63,645 bases of DNA, filler included, from Octopus bimaculoides (GCF_001194135.2; 9 parts of 7 records of this genome joined end to end with filler, not necessarily neighbours in it), one strand, 5' to 3'; shown: positions 49,965 to 63,189, counted from the first letter of the whole stretch. Numbers and translations: made by a program. The notes: generated from the sequence alone by a model not told the origin.

Positions 49965-50098
49965 GTGAATATGTTCCGTGCAATTGTTGATATATTTGGG
50001 GGTGGAATAGATACAACTTCTACCACTTTTACCTGGTCTTTCTCTTTATGGCAAAATATCGTGATATACAGAACAAGTGTCGGGAAGAAATCAAACAG
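49965..50098 (+). pseudogene. CYP2-like: Cytochrome P450 helix-I exon, disabled
   Basis: VNMFRAIVDIFGGGIDTTSTTFTWS / LFMAKYRDIQNKCREEIKQ then GTAAAT donor. One-base deletion at ~50040-50047 shifts the frame (134 nt). The acceptor after a good branch point and pyrimidine tract reads CGG, not CAG. Confidence 0.8.
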
Positions 50099-50369
50099 GT
50101 AAATTATGTAAGATTATTTTGTTTATATGTTCTCTTTTCTCTTTTAAGTCACTGTTTACATTACCAAAAGTCACTGAAGCCAGTATCCTGACAAGTATTC
50201 TCTGTTACGTTTACGACCTTCTATTCATTGTGTTCAGTTCACTGAATATCTTAGCCCCTGTAGTTGTAACCAGTTTCTAAAGCGAGATGAACTATTTTAA
50301 GTGTAACGAGAGTGTTTCTAGCTTACTTTGTGGTGTTCAAGTATGGTGGTAAGTAACGAAGCTCAAATT

Positions 50370-50635
50370 ATACCACTTCTCATTGGTCCACGGATCTTAG
50401 AATCAATGCTGCAGAGTATCTTGAAGTGCTGGGGACAGTTGCTTAGCCCTGGTTTGATGAAGTATGTAATGTAGGTCATACGAGTTGCACCAAATCTCAG
50501 CACCTTTTCAGAAAGCTCACATAACCCGTGAATGGATATCAGACAAATCGTTACAATCATGTAACGCCAAACTTGTGACCACCAAATTGATAATCTATTC
50601 CAGTTAAACTGCACGCGTGGGAACAAGATGACTAT
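50370..50635 (+). mobile_element. maT/DD37D-like transposase relic between the CYP pseudo-exon and CYP exon 1
   Basis: RINAAEYLEVLGTVA*PWFDEV / SAPFQKAHITREWI / YNHVTPNL*PPN, matching QQDSAPAHKA and WPPNSPDLNP. Confidence 0.7.
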
Positions 50636-50871
50636 AGAGTGAACTTAATATGTATGCACTTAAAATTAAAGTGACCTCGATTATAGAAATAGATTTTGCA
50701 TACAACTTTGTTGTTAAATTACTAACCTACTTATATTCGGTTGACTTCAAGCATAATAATCTCATGTTACCTGCACAAATCTGTGTATAGGTAGTAAACC
50801 ACACTAGTCTTTAAGAAAACTGGGCTCTTAGCGAAAATACAAATACATTATTGCAACAATAACATAGGATT

Positions 50872-51241
50872 ATGGATGTTTCAGCATCGTATTTTGTAGA
50901 AGCTATTAATATACAAAGTCTTCTGATTGGATTAGTCACTTTATTGCTCGTACGATGGCTTATAACTAGATCGAAATATAATTACAATTTACCTCCGGGT
51001 CCAATAGCTTTTCCAATTATTGGAAATATACCTCAGATGGCTACAACCACAGATATTAATTTAAAGATGAAAGATCTTCGAAAACAATTTGGAGATATCT
51101 TCAGACTCAAATTTGGTTCTGAAACCTTGGTGATTGTATGCAAAACAGAGTGGATTTTAGAAGGATTGGTAAAGAAAGGAGATGAATTGAAAGCAAGACC
51201 CCACTGGATGTACGTACCGAAGAGATTAGCCAAAAATAAAG
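50872..51241 (+). CDS. CYP2-like: Cytochrome P450 clan 2, exon 1
   Basis: ATG, hydrophobic anchor, proline hinge LPPGPIAFPIIGNI, FGDIFRLKFG and ARP motifs; GTAAGT donor after 51241 (phase 1). Confidence 0.93.
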
Positions 51242-51374
51242 GTAAGTCATTTATTTACGTCAACAAATGTTATCGCTTTCAATCCCCCACCACACACACA
51301 CACCTTACATTTTACCCCGTTTCCACAACTAACACAGAATTCAGTTCTGCATCCACATTTCCCAACTTTCTCTG

Positions 51375-52030
51375 ACGATTTTACTCTGTGCTTCTTTGTT
51401 TCTTATTTCGGTGTCCCGTTGGTCGAACAACTGCCTACTCGATCTATTTACTTTTCTCCTAGTTTTCAAAGAAAATTGTGCAAGCATATTACCACTATAT
51501 TTCATTCTTCTTATAACATTTCATTCTTTTTATAACATAAGTTACCAGGTTTATCTGCTGATAACAACACACCTAGTGCGGTTTTTAGTTTCTCTAGTAT
51601 TTTTTTTTTCGATCTCTTCTGGTGTTAGTTGTGCCTCTTAGAAAATTTCCTAAATTTTGTATTCTTAGTGATATTATACAGAACTTTTCAAGCGGTCCCA
51701 GATGTCGATTAGGTGGGGCGGGGTCCTTAGAAATTTAAATTCACGCTTAAGCGTTTGTATGGAGGATGGAGACTCCAGTATTCAGGTGTGGTGTCAGGAA
51801 TAACGGCACAGGTTAGAGTAGAGATACTCACAAGTCTCCAGCTATCAGAATGTTTTATGGACTGGAACCCATTGGCTGAGAGCATTTGCCTCTCGAATGT
51901 TGAATCCGGTCACAACAATATTTTCTGACGTACATAATGTGCATCTAGGAGCGATGACTAAACTCTTGGACACTGAGGTGACAAGGGTAATTAAAGAACT
52001 GTAGAGAATGATATTTGGTCCGAGATATTT
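51375..52030 (-). mobile_element. Degraded LINE (EN/RT N-terminus) in CYP intron 1
   Basis: Fragmentary NIVVTG-FN and TPEEI...LK...DKPGN-like motifs with many stops. Confidence 0.4.
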
Positions 52031-52172
52031 AAGGGCCTTTTATGGTGTTATTATCTATAACTATCTCTTATATTTTCTTTTTTTTTTCTTGTTTTCAGTA
52101 TTAAACTTTCCAAAACACGTAAAACAGTTTATAAGTACTTATGTTTTTTTTATATCTTCACTATTGTTTTAG

Positions 52173-52281
52173 GAATCTTCTTTAATACAGGAAAAGAATG
52201 GAAGGAATTGAAAAAGTTTACTATTTCAACACTGCGGGATTTAGGAATGGGTAAGAAAAAGCTAGAAGAGCAGATATACTT
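52173..52281 (+). CDS. CYP2-like: Cytochrome P450 clan 2, exon 2 (cut by scaffold end)
   Basis: TTTTAG acceptor, phase-compatible with exon 1; GIFFNTGKEWKELKKFTISTLRDLGMGKKKLEEQI is helix C plus the clan-2 LRD(F/L)GMGK motif. Confidence 0.93.
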
Positions 52282-52381
52282 NNNNNNNNNNNNNNNNNNN
52301 NNNNNNNNNNNNNNNNNNNNNNNNNTTAATTAATTAANNNNNNNNNNNNNNNNNNNNNNNNNNNNNNNNNNNNNNNNNNNN
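52282..52381. other. Artificial scaffold spacer
   Basis: Linker at 52326-52337 flanked by 44 N on each side. Confidence 0.97.
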
Positions 52382-52618
52382 GGCTTGTGCGGGTGGCACA
52401 TAAAAGACACCATTTCGAGCGTGGCCGTTTTCGTGCGGGTGACACGTAAAAGCACCCACTACACTCTCTGAGTGGTTGGCGTTAGGAAGGGCATCCAGCT
52501 GTAGAAACTCTGCCAAATCAGACTGGAGCCTGGTGTTGCCATCCGGTTTCACCAGTCCTCAGTCAAATCGTCCAACCCATGCTAGCATGGAAAGCGGACG
52601 TTAAACGATGATGATGAC
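52382..52618 (+). mobile_element. 3' end of an RTE-type LINE or partner SINE with (GAT)n tail
   Basis: Ends CCAACCCATGCTAGCATGGAAAGCGGACGTTAAACGATGATGATGA; decayed copies of the same tail occur on the minus strand at ~43050-43085 and ~56275-56340. Confidence 0.7.
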
Positions 52619-54169
52619 ATATATAAATATACATACATAAATAAATATACATACATAAACATACGTACATGCATAGATTTACACACACATACATTCATAA
52701 AAGGCAGAGAGAGGTAACATTTCTAGATTTTTTACTTCTATATTGATCTTCACTGCAAGTATAGGAAAAGATTAATCAGATATTCATGTATTTTATATAC
52801 ATTTAATTCCCATTGATACATCATATGATTGTCTTCAGGCTCCAAATTTTGAAAATATTTTCTCAACAGGTCATCATATTGGCAGTTTTAAAATTCTTTT
52901 AAAAAAAAAAAATTTTATCCATCTCCTCAGCGGTTTTATTCTGATAAGGCATCTGAGAAATATGGAACTATTCTTAAACATTGTCCTAATGTTAAATCAA
53001 AGAAAGAAAGAGACCAAGAAGTAGTGGGGTAGAAGAATTGGTAAGTGTAAAAGAAACAGCTTAGCTTTATATGGAAAGCATTTTGTTTCCAGCACACTAG
53101 GGTGGATTTCTGATTCCTATAAACTTGAAAAAAACAAAAAGACAAAAAAAACAAAAACAACAACAACAACAACAATCATATGCAAGTGGGTAAAATATGT
53201 GTTTGGGTAATACATCATTTTGTCAATACTTAAGCATTTTATTTGTCTGAAACACAAAGATAAGAAATACAAATACACAACAATATATATTTATATATNN
53301 NNNNNNNNNNNNNNNNNNNNNNNNNNNNNNNNNNNNNNNNNNNNNNNNNNNNNNNNNNNNNNNNNNNNNNNNNNNNNNNNNNNNNNNNNNNNNNNNNNNN
53401 NNNNNNNNNNNNNNNNNNNNNNNNNNNNNNNNNNNNNNNNNNNNNNNNNNNNNNNNNNNNNNNNNNNNNNNNNNNNNNNNNNNNNNNNNNNNNNNNNNNN
53501 NNNNNNNNNNNNNNNNNNNNNNNNNNNNNNNNNNNNNNNNNNNNNNNNNNNNNNNNNNNNNNNNNNNNNNATATATATATAACAATACAAAAACCAAATA
53601 AAAAAAACATCATGGGACATTATGGCAGCAACATACTAAGATGTCATAAACAACTGATACAAAACAAACATTTTTCATTTCAATATTTTTCCATTGGCTT
53701 GTTGGCTTCTGAAAGTACAGATTATTTTTATGGATAGAATTACAGCTAATAAATAAATACATAGATAAATAAATAAATATATAAGCTTCGGAAACAACAA
53801 GCTGCCAGAAACATCAGATAGTGTAATCTATTTAGAAATACCTTCTAAGTTAAAATTGCCAGACATTCCATAAAAGTTTATGTATGGTGCTAAACATATT
53901 TGAACTCTCTGAAACGAGTACAGTTTGTACAGTGAAGTGTTTCAATATCAGTTGGTTACAATTTTTCAGTGTATTTAAAGCTGTTTACCTACATCCCCTG
54001 AATAGTTTTTTGAAATAATTATACAATAGCATAGCTCTATTTAGCACTATCATCATCATCATCATCATCGTTATCACTACAGTTGCCTTTACTACTTCCA
54101 ATACTAGCACCACCAACCAGTAGAACAAACAACATTTACACAAACGCTTATCCAATATTGATTGCTTCA

Positions 54170-54460
54170 TAGTGTAAAGCCTAAGTCCTCCACTCCCATT
54201 TAACTACCTCATATCAAATTTTCCTTGGTCTAATGCTTCTCTTCTAATTTTCACACTTTTTCACATCACATGTCCACAACAGTGTAATTATCACTCGACT
54301 ACACACAATGCTTCTAATATCGATCATTTGGTCAACTCATTCACATGCAATCTAAATCTTAAGTTCACACAGCATATCCAATAAATCATATTTGGATCAC
54401 TTATCTACCTTCCCTGCTCTTATAATGTAGCACTTATAACAACATCATAAGGGCAAAAGT
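54170..54460 (-). mobile_element. Old RTE C-terminal relic
   Basis: LHCCGHVM (LRWYGHVM-like) and RPRKI*YEVVK (GRPRKTW..VV-like) remnants. Confidence 0.5.
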
Positions 54461-55420
54461 TCACCAAACTAATACAGTCACCTAGAACCAGCAAAGGTGT
54501 TTACCTACTTCTAAGTAGCAATAAATTTCACAACAAATTCCCTAAAACTGGAAACTACATACTTGGTTTTGGACCTGATACAGAATTCCTATCAATAAAG
54601 ACAGCCTACTCTCAGCAAGAACAAGAGTGAGACAATGAAGACCATTTTACATTTGATAAAGCTGTGACAAAGTACTATAATGGTACATGACCCTAGTGCA
54701 AAGTTCATGCTACCAATGGTGATTGCCTTTCAGCAGCGGTAGCATCAGCAGCAGCAGCTCCTTTCCAAATAAGTTACCATTTGTTTTATAACTAACTTTT
54801 ACCTGTTTTCAATGTCGTATCTACACTTATGCCCTGATTGCTTTGTCTTGTATATTATCAGGTTCTTACTACTCCATTCTAGTTTTAGCATTGCATTCTC
54901 TGATAATATGGTTGGCTTTTTTTCATTCTTGGTCAATGGAAATAGACATTGCAGAAACAGTAACTTAACAATTTTTACAGTGTATAAGCTATTTCAAGAA
55001 GCAAGTGCCTGACCTCAGGTACACCTACCACCTCTCCACTTATGGATAGGCCATGAAGGAAAGACAAGTCAATACACTCCCAACATTTATGAAGCTGCAA
55101 GGGATGCCAGATATCGGTTAATTAAAACTGTACATATTTGCCTTGGAGTCCCCGCCTCTAAATTTTCTGCAGAGGCTTACTCCCTTAGCCTTTTTAATAC
55201 TCACTAAATTACTCCACAAGGCAGTATGCACTTATTATTATTTGGTCCTTCAGCTTGTATTGATCTAGTGCAACAAGTACCATGTGTCTAGTAGTTATCA
55301 AGATGCAGGATTTGTATGGAGCTACATTCTCTTAGATGAGCAACTAAATATATTGAGAGTTAAAGAAATGCACCACTACCACCATAAACTAAATTAACAT
55401 TATTCTAGATACTATACTAT

Positions 55421-55658
55421 AGGGCGGCAAGCTGACAGAATCGTTAGCATGTTGGGCGAAATGCTTAGCGATATTTTGTCTGCCATTATGTTCTGAGTTC
55501 AAATTCCACATAGGTTGACTTTGTCTTTCATCCTTTCGGGGTTGATTAAATAAGTATCAGTTATGCACTGGGGTCGATGTAATCGACTTAATCCCTTTGT
55601 CTGTCCTTGTTTGTCTCCTCTATGTTTAGCACCCCTGTGGGCAATAAAGAAAGAAATA
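55421..55658 (+). mobile_element. SINE family B (tail type 2), full length
   Basis: GGGCGGCAAGCTGACAGAA head; CTGTGGGCAATAAAGAAAG tail. Confidence 0.92.
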
Positions 55659-56474
55659 TTATTCTAGATATAATCTCCAACAAAGATTTGAAACTGTCCT
55701 GTACTAAGTATAGTAAAAGTCAAGTTGAGCAGCATAAAACAACATCTCTTGAAATCTTACATGTCAATTTCAAGAATAAGAATGTAAAGAACTGTTAGTT
55801 CTGAGAAAAGGTCAACAAAAATCTAAATTTAGAATTTATCAAAATATTTTTAGAGTCTGTTGCAGTGAGAGAAAATTGAAAGGTTATATTATTTTTTATC
55901 GAGATAAATATGAAGATCAAGGATTGATTCTTTGTATTCCTGCAAGGAATTTTAACTAAACGACACAAAAATAAACTAATTTTTAACTTACTAAATTTGG
56001 TTTGTATTGATCTGGTGAAAATAAAAGGTTTATTTTGAAAGATGAGCTGATAATATTTTACCATAAGATTTAATCATCTGTTTTCTACATCAGGCAAAAA
56101 AAAAAAAACTATCTAAAGAATTCAAAACAATGGTTACTAATCAAATTGGGTTATACAAGTACACAGGAGTTTTAATTAACAAAAAATAAACTGTAAGCAA
56201 AATGAATAACAAGATATAAAGACTTCTCATAACAACAGTCTGAATTAAAATTAAAGTTGTTAATGAAAAAATCATCATCATCATTGTCATTCTAATGCCC
56301 CTTTTTTATGCCATCATGGGTTTGATGGGTTTGCCATGAAACATATCAACGAATATCTTGGTCTTTTTGTTATTAAAATTTTTTTTTGTGAAGCTCATCC
56401 TAAGATCTAACTGTACAACTCCTACTTTTCTCGATCTTTCTCTCCCACAAACATTCCACCTCCAACAACACACA

Positions 56475-56677
56475 GTACCACCTGTTTCCTAAGTTGAAAG
56501 AACATTTAGCTGGAATGCACTTCAGCAATGACAACGAGGTGAAAGACGAGGTTCAATGCTTCCACAACGACATGGTGGTGACCTGGTATCACATGGGCAT
56601 GCAAAAACTGCCCCAGCACCTACAATGCTTCACTGATTTCTGAATATTTTTGGAGACCTTACTTTTGGGGTTACTCT

Positions 56678-56682
<5 letters not shown>
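56475..56682 (+). mobile_element. Mariner 3' end relic
   Basis: YHLFPKLKEHLAGMHFSNDNEVKDEVQ...WYHMGMQKLPQHLQ, then TIR-like CCTTACTTTTGGGGTTACTCTCA. Confidence 0.8.
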
Positions 56683-56767
<85 letters not shown>

Positions 56768-57178
56768 TGTGTGGGTGTGTGCAAATTTAGGGAATGGAGC
56801 AGGTAAAATCTAGGCTACATATGTTTCCTAGCTAGCAGAACTTTGGAAGTAGTAATTACTCAATGAGGGGTACTCCCCGAGTTACGCATCAGGCTGAAGA
56901 TACCTTAGTTTAAATGAAGGTTGCATTGTTGTCAAGAGATCCTGAGTTAACTTGCAGGAAATTTGATTGAAAATCATTTTTATTTGCATTGACAGCAACA
57001 AGGATTACTAACTATGAACTACAAAATAATTTTTTACAGCTTATTGAGCTTTGATATGGGAAAAATTTACAACCTTCTGCCCCAATAAACCACTATTGTT
57101 CCCAAAAGTTATTTTTTATATCGTCTATGGACTGCTCGAGGCTTACAAACTTCCTACACCCGGATCCTTGGATCTCAC

Positions 57179-57231
<53 letters not shown>

Positions 57232-57237
57232 CATATA

Positions 57238-57629
57238 TACTCTCTTTACTATTTTACTTGTTTCAGTCATTTAACTACGGCCATGCTGGAGCACCGCCTT
57301 TAGTCGAGCAAATCGACCTCAGGTCTTATTCTTTGTAAGCCTAGTATTTATTCTATTGGTCTCTTTTGCTGAACCGCTAAGTTATGGGGACATAAACACG
57401 CCAGCATCGGTTGTCAAACGATGTTGGAGGGACAAACACACACATATATAAATACATATACATATATACGACGGGCTTCTCTCAGTTTCTGTCTACCAAA
57501 TCCACTCACAAAGCTTTATTCGGCCTGAGGCTATAGTAGAAGACACTTGCCCAAGGTGTCACGCAGTGGGACTGAACCCGGAACCATGTGGTTGGTAAGC
57601 AAGCTACTTACCACACAGCCACTCCTGCA

Positions 57630-57632
<3 letters not shown>
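57238..57632 (-). mobile_element. SINE family A, full length
   Basis: Ungapped, near-consensus copy flanked by (TA)n on both sides. Confidence 0.95.
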
Positions 57633-57671
<39 letters not shown>

Positions 57672-59689
57672 ATTCCATCATCAAAGCTACAAGATAATGT
57701 ATGATTAATTAAAAACAATGAGAATCATCGTTTGTGAACTCACTGTTTGCACGGAGTACAAACATAAGGTAGTAGGAATTGTTTACTCTGACTATTGTTA
57801 TCTCACTTGAAATACAGCATCAGTTGTCCCAGATTCTGGTCCAAATATGAACGTGTGTCATCACCATCATATTCAAGCTAAACTTAACATTATTGTAATT
57901 CAGTTACACTGAAAACTTGTTCCAACAGATTGAGGTTGCTGTCTTTATATTCTCTCCTCCGTGTCTTTTCACTTGTAGAAAATGGCAATGCTGCTGCTAC
58001 TATGTAGTTGTCAGGAATAACACCTTACCTGCACCAAGATTTAATTTAGAATGGAATCATAGTAAGAATATATACTACAATTAAAAATAAACATCCTTTT
58101 CAAAATATATAAATTTAATTTAAAATAAACACGAGATATATTTTTCTAAATTTCCGATTAAAAGAAAATTATAGTATTTTATTTTCTTAATCAGAAAAAA
58201 GAACTGATCTAAAAATCTTGCAGCAACAAAAAAAAAAAAAAGAAAAAAAAAATTAAAAAGTGAGACTGTTAATCCTGTTAGCATAAAGGATCTTACACTC
58301 CATTTCCCTGTCATATTAGATTGTACTCTTTAACAATATAATCCCTTTAGCTTATTCATTTCTGGTTTTAATCTAAAAAAAAACAAAACAACAAAGCCAT
58401 TTATTAAAAGTTAACCTTTTTAATTTAAGTGCACATACCATCTGTGTGATATAGGCAACAATAATACTTTAAAACTCCACTGTTTACACATTTATTTACG
58501 AGATGAGATTAGATTTTGTGTGAGTGACTATCGAGTACAGAATAGACTATAAGCAAATGGATACACTGACATGCATGCATTTATTTTTGATGGGAATTTT
58601 AATTTAAAATCATGTTTTGAAACAAATATTGTTATGCTGTAAATGGCCAAAAGAATTTTATCTTTGATACTACACTGTAGAATGGTGAGATGATGAGAGC
58701 AACAGAAATTGATAAACACATTATTGAAGATGCAACAAATTTTAAAAAGCAACTAAATACTCAAAACGAACTGTTAAATAAGTTTTATTTTAGAAAGAGA
58801 GAGAGAGGAGAAGGGATATGGTTTCTCGGTTATAAAACTAGAATATATTTAAAAACAGGAGGCTATTCATAAAATAGACAAACAGATACTGAAAGTAATT
58901 GTAAAGCTAGTATAGAACGAACAGTTGCTAAACTCTTTTCTAGAAGTGTGTTCTGTGGTAGAATATTTCTTCAAAAAACAGATACTGTGGAATAGATTTC
59001 AGTTCCCAGCAGCTTTTAACGTGATATAAGTGTAAAATTAAATGCATGCAAGGAGTGACTCACAGCAACTGTTGTTCTTCTGTATATAGGAGAACATTCC
59101 AAAGTCGCAACTAGAAATGAATGCTCATTTAAAACTCCTTTCACATCTTCAAAAAAATATACTGATTTACCACTTCTTTTATCATTAATGCTATAAAGCT
59201 TTATGGAAGGCAAACTAGAGTTTCATTGCACTCTCATGCTTCACTTGCCTCTTGTTGAAATATCACAAAACACTAAGCCTTTCTCTCCACTTCTGAAATT
59301 ATTTTTGTTTCATCTGAGAGAAATAGTTTTTTTCTTTTTTTTTTTTGCATGTGTGTGTGTACGTGTGTATTTTTTTTATTTGATGGAGGTGTTGGTTGTG
59401 ATTTTCTATGTCTTTCCTGTAAATCTAGCAGTGTAGATAGATCAATAATGCTGAATTATACAATTCTTAACAAATGATAAAGGATCTTTACATTCTTACA
59501 ATGCCTGAAGCCAGAAACTTAACTTGAGATATATTTAAAGAGTCATTTCTCTTTCTCAGTAAAAACAGAACAAACAAAAAAAAAAAATATTTCTTAAACT
59601 TGATCTATCGATATAATTTGTGTTTGTGTGGTATATATAAATATATAAATATGTGTGTGTGTGTGTGTGTATATATATACATATATATA

Positions 59690-59921
59690 TATATATATGC
59701 ATTATATATACATACATATATGCATATATATACATACATATATGCATATATATACATACATATATGCATATATATACATACATATATGCATATATATACA
59801 TACATATATATATATATACATACATATATATATATATACATACATATATGCATATATATACATACATATATGCATATATATACATACATATATGCATATA
59901 TATACATACATATATGCATAT
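59690..59921. repeat. 22-bp minisatellite (CATATATATACATACATATATG)
   Basis: About ten near-perfect units; cut by scaffold end. Confidence 0.9.
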
Positions 59922-60021
59922 NNNNNNNNNNNNNNNNNNNNNNNNNNNNNNNNNNNNNNNNNNNNTTAATTAATTAANNNNNNNNNNNNNNNNNNNNNNN
60001 NNNNNNNNNNNNNNNNNNNNN
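59922..60021. other. Artificial scaffold spacer
   Basis: Linker at 59966-59977 flanked by 44 N on each side. Confidence 0.97.
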
Positions 60022-60029
60022 AGATTCGA

Positions 60030-60053
60030 CAGTAGCAGCAGCAGCCGCAACAT

Positions 60054-60099
<46 letters not shown>

Positions 60100-60142
60100 A
60101 GAAGAAGAAGAAGAAGAAGAAGAAGAAGAAGAAGAAGAAGAA
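60030..60142. repeat. Compound (CAG)n(AAG)n microsatellite
   Basis: Direct reading. Confidence 0.95.
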
Positions 60143-61505
60143 ATATTACAACGAAAATGGCTTCTTTGGATCGAATTTTAATTAGCTTAAGCAAAAGTAG
60201 ATGAATTCAGCTGCATCTATTCGAAAATATGCAAATATGGTAGTAGTTATTTGTTTGATTTGTTATAGTAATGATGTGTTTCATCTGACTTCAATCAAAC
60301 GTATTAGGATCGCTTTCTTCGTTGAATGATTGTACGGGTTTGCTTTACCCGAGGCGATCCAGACTATATAGCAGTCTCACCATAGGTTAACTCGTAAGAT
60401 AGAAGCCATATTAAGTCTGAAAGCTACTTGAAAGAGAAGATGACGTTTGAGTGTAGTTCGGTATTATTAGTCAGTGTGTAATGAAGTTTAGAGGAAAATT
60501 TATGAATAAATATACAAAAGTGAAATGAAGTTAGATAATGCAGAGAAATTGTGAAATTGTGAATTAACAATGCTTCGCTCAAATCAATGCCACAACCATG
60601 TTATCAACATAGTTACGCCTTCATAGGTTCAAATCTCACGAAGAATACTTTCATATATATATATATATATATATATATCTGTTAATATGTTTATTTAGTG
60701 TTNNNNNNNNNNNNNNNNNNNNNNNNNNNNNNNNNNNNNNNNNNNNNNNNNNNNNNNNNNNNNNNNNNNNNNNNNNNNNNNNNNNNNNNNNNNNNNNNNN
60801 NNNNNNNNNNNNNNNNNNNNNNNNNNNNNNNNNNNNNNNNNNNNNNNNNNNNNNNNNNNNNNNNNNNNNNNNNNNNNNNNNNNNNNNNNNNNNNNNNNNN
60901 NNNNNNNNNNNNNNNNNNNNNNNNNNNNNNNNNNNNNNNNNNNNNNNNNNNNNNNNNNNNNNNNNNNNNNNNNNNNNNNNNNNNNNNNNNNNNNNNNNNN
61001 NNNNNNNNNNNNNNNNNNNNNNNNNNNNNNNNNNNNNNNNNNNNNNNNNNNNNNNNNNNNNNNNNNNNNNNNNNNNNNNNNNNNNNNNNNNNNNNNNNNN
61101 NNNNNNNNNNNNNNNNNNNNNNNNNNNNNNNNNNNNNNNNNNNNNNNNNNNNNNNNNNNNNNNNNNNNNNNNNNNNNNNNNNNNNNNNNNNNNNNNNNNN
61201 NNNNNNNNNNNNNNNNNNNNNNNNNNNNNNNNNNNNNNNNNNNNNNNNNNNNNNNNNNNNNNNNNNNNNNNNNNNNNNNNNNNNNNNNNNNNNNNNNNNN
61301 NNNNNNNNNNNNNNNNNNNNNNNNNNNNNNNNNNNNNNNNNNNNNNNNNNNNNNNNNNNNNNNNNNNNNNNNNNNNNNNNNNNNNNNNNNNNNNNNNNNN
61401 NNNNNNNNNNNNNNNNNNNNNNNNNNNNNNNNNNNNNNNNNNNNNNNNNNNNNNNNNNNNNNNNNNNNNNNNNNNNNNNNNNNNNNNNNNNNNNNNNNNN
61501 NNNNN

Positions 61506-61552
<47 letters not shown>

Positions 61553-62203
61553 TATGGATCTCCGTATTTATGTATATACGTACGTATATACGTATATTGG
61601 TAGCAGCTGTTATTTGCTGTTTTTCCTCATGTATTATTATATAAATCTCATATACATAAATGTGACCCAACATTGTATATGCAAACAGGTGAGTAGATTT
61701 GAGCATGCATGCTTGCATGTATGCATGCATGAATGCATGCATGAATGTATGGATGCATAAACGTATGTGTAGGTAAGACAGCATTTTATTTTTCGAATTA
61801 CTACCATCTTCCACGACTTATGTTTATCTACTTTCATTCTCGTTTTATCTCTCTCAATCTCACCCTCTCTCCTTCTCTATCAATCTCTCCCATCTCTTAA
61901 TTACTCCCCCCTCCCATCTATCACTCTTTATATTTCTCTGTGACTCCCTATATCTATACTTACAACTATTGATATATTTGCAGAGCTCGTAGAAGCGAAA
62001 CCGTATGTTCTTCATAATGAACACAGAAGCTGGACAGGTGTGGATATTTTCTCTGTTCACACGACAACTTGGCAGTAAACTCATTTTCTTGTATGGAATG
62101 CATATTCCTTCCTTCAGGATAAGTATATTACGATAATTACCTGGAATAGTTCCACTCTCCATATATTACGCCAAATATTTATGTATCCAATACATGTGTG
62201 ACC

Positions 62204-62241
<38 letters not shown>

Positions 62242-62341
62242 NNNNNNNNNNNNNNNNNNNNNNNNNNNNNNNNNNNNNNNNNNNNTTAATTAATTAANNN
62301 NNNNNNNNNNNNNNNNNNNNNNNNNNNNNNNNNNNNNNNNN
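62242..62341. other. Artificial scaffold spacer
   Basis: Linker at 62286-62297 flanked by 44 N on each side. Confidence 0.97.
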
Positions 62342-62915
62342 CATTGGTGAATATTTTCCCTGTTTTTGTGTTCATATATGGGCCGGTATGACTTGATCGG
62401 CATGTACCACATCCCCTATCATTGCATTTGGATACAGTGAATGTTTGATTTTTGTTGCTGAGGTCAAACCTTGCCTTTGTTAATAGCTTTTTCAAGTTTT
62501 TAGGTCGTCTCTTACTGAGAGTTCTATTTTGATCTGTAATGATATTTCTCAATTCCTTACTTTGTGCAAGGATCGGTAAGTTCGCTTTGGCGATATTAAA
62601 GATGTTCTGGTGGCATGGATTTTGTGTCACTATAAATGGAATGATCTTTCCTGTCTGTCTCTTCTTTGCGGTGTCCTCAGTTGTTGTATGGGTATTTTCG
62701 AAGCCCGCTGAATACCATTTTCTATGAGTCGTGACGAGTACTTTTGCTTTATCAGAAATTCTTTCAGTTCCATCAGGCGCTGATTTCTGGTCTCTATATC
62801 CTCTACAATAGTACATATTCTCCTGGCTAGGCAGTATGGGATATTGCATTTTGTATGGGGTGGATGGCACAATTTAAAGTTCAAGTATTGGTGTGTGTCT
62901 GTGTGTTTATAATAT
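62342..62915 (-). mobile_element. Penelope-like element fragment (RT thumb/linker to Cys motif)
   Basis: YKHTDTHQYLNFKLCHPPHTKCNIPYCLARRICTIV...QKYS, frameshift near 62650, then IIPFIVTQNP...RRPKNLKKLLTKA...KCNDRGCGTC; cut by scaffold start. Confidence 0.88.
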
Positions 62916-63092
62916 ATATACATATATACGACGGGCTTCTTTCAGTTTCCGTCTACCAAATCCACTTACAAGGCTTTGGTTGGCCCGAGGCTATAATCGA
63001 AAACATTTGCCCAAGGTACCACGCAGTGGGACTGAACCTGGAACTATGTGGTTGGTAAGCAAGCTACTTACCACACAGCCACTCCTGCGCCT
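62911..63092 (-). mobile_element. SINE family A 5' half fused to Penelope fragment
   Basis: Head to GCCCGTCGTATATATG, then directly into the PLE RT frame. Confidence 0.9.
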
Positions 63093-63189
63093 ATACATCT
63101 ACATATATGTATGTATGCCTGTATATATTTGAGATAATAGTTTCACTTTAATAGTTTCAGTATTAAAGTGAAACTATCTGACATTACAA

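Noticed and set aside
59016-59213. Minus-strand ORF ending at a GTGAGT donor-like site
   Set aside because: Weak acceptor and no recognisable homology.
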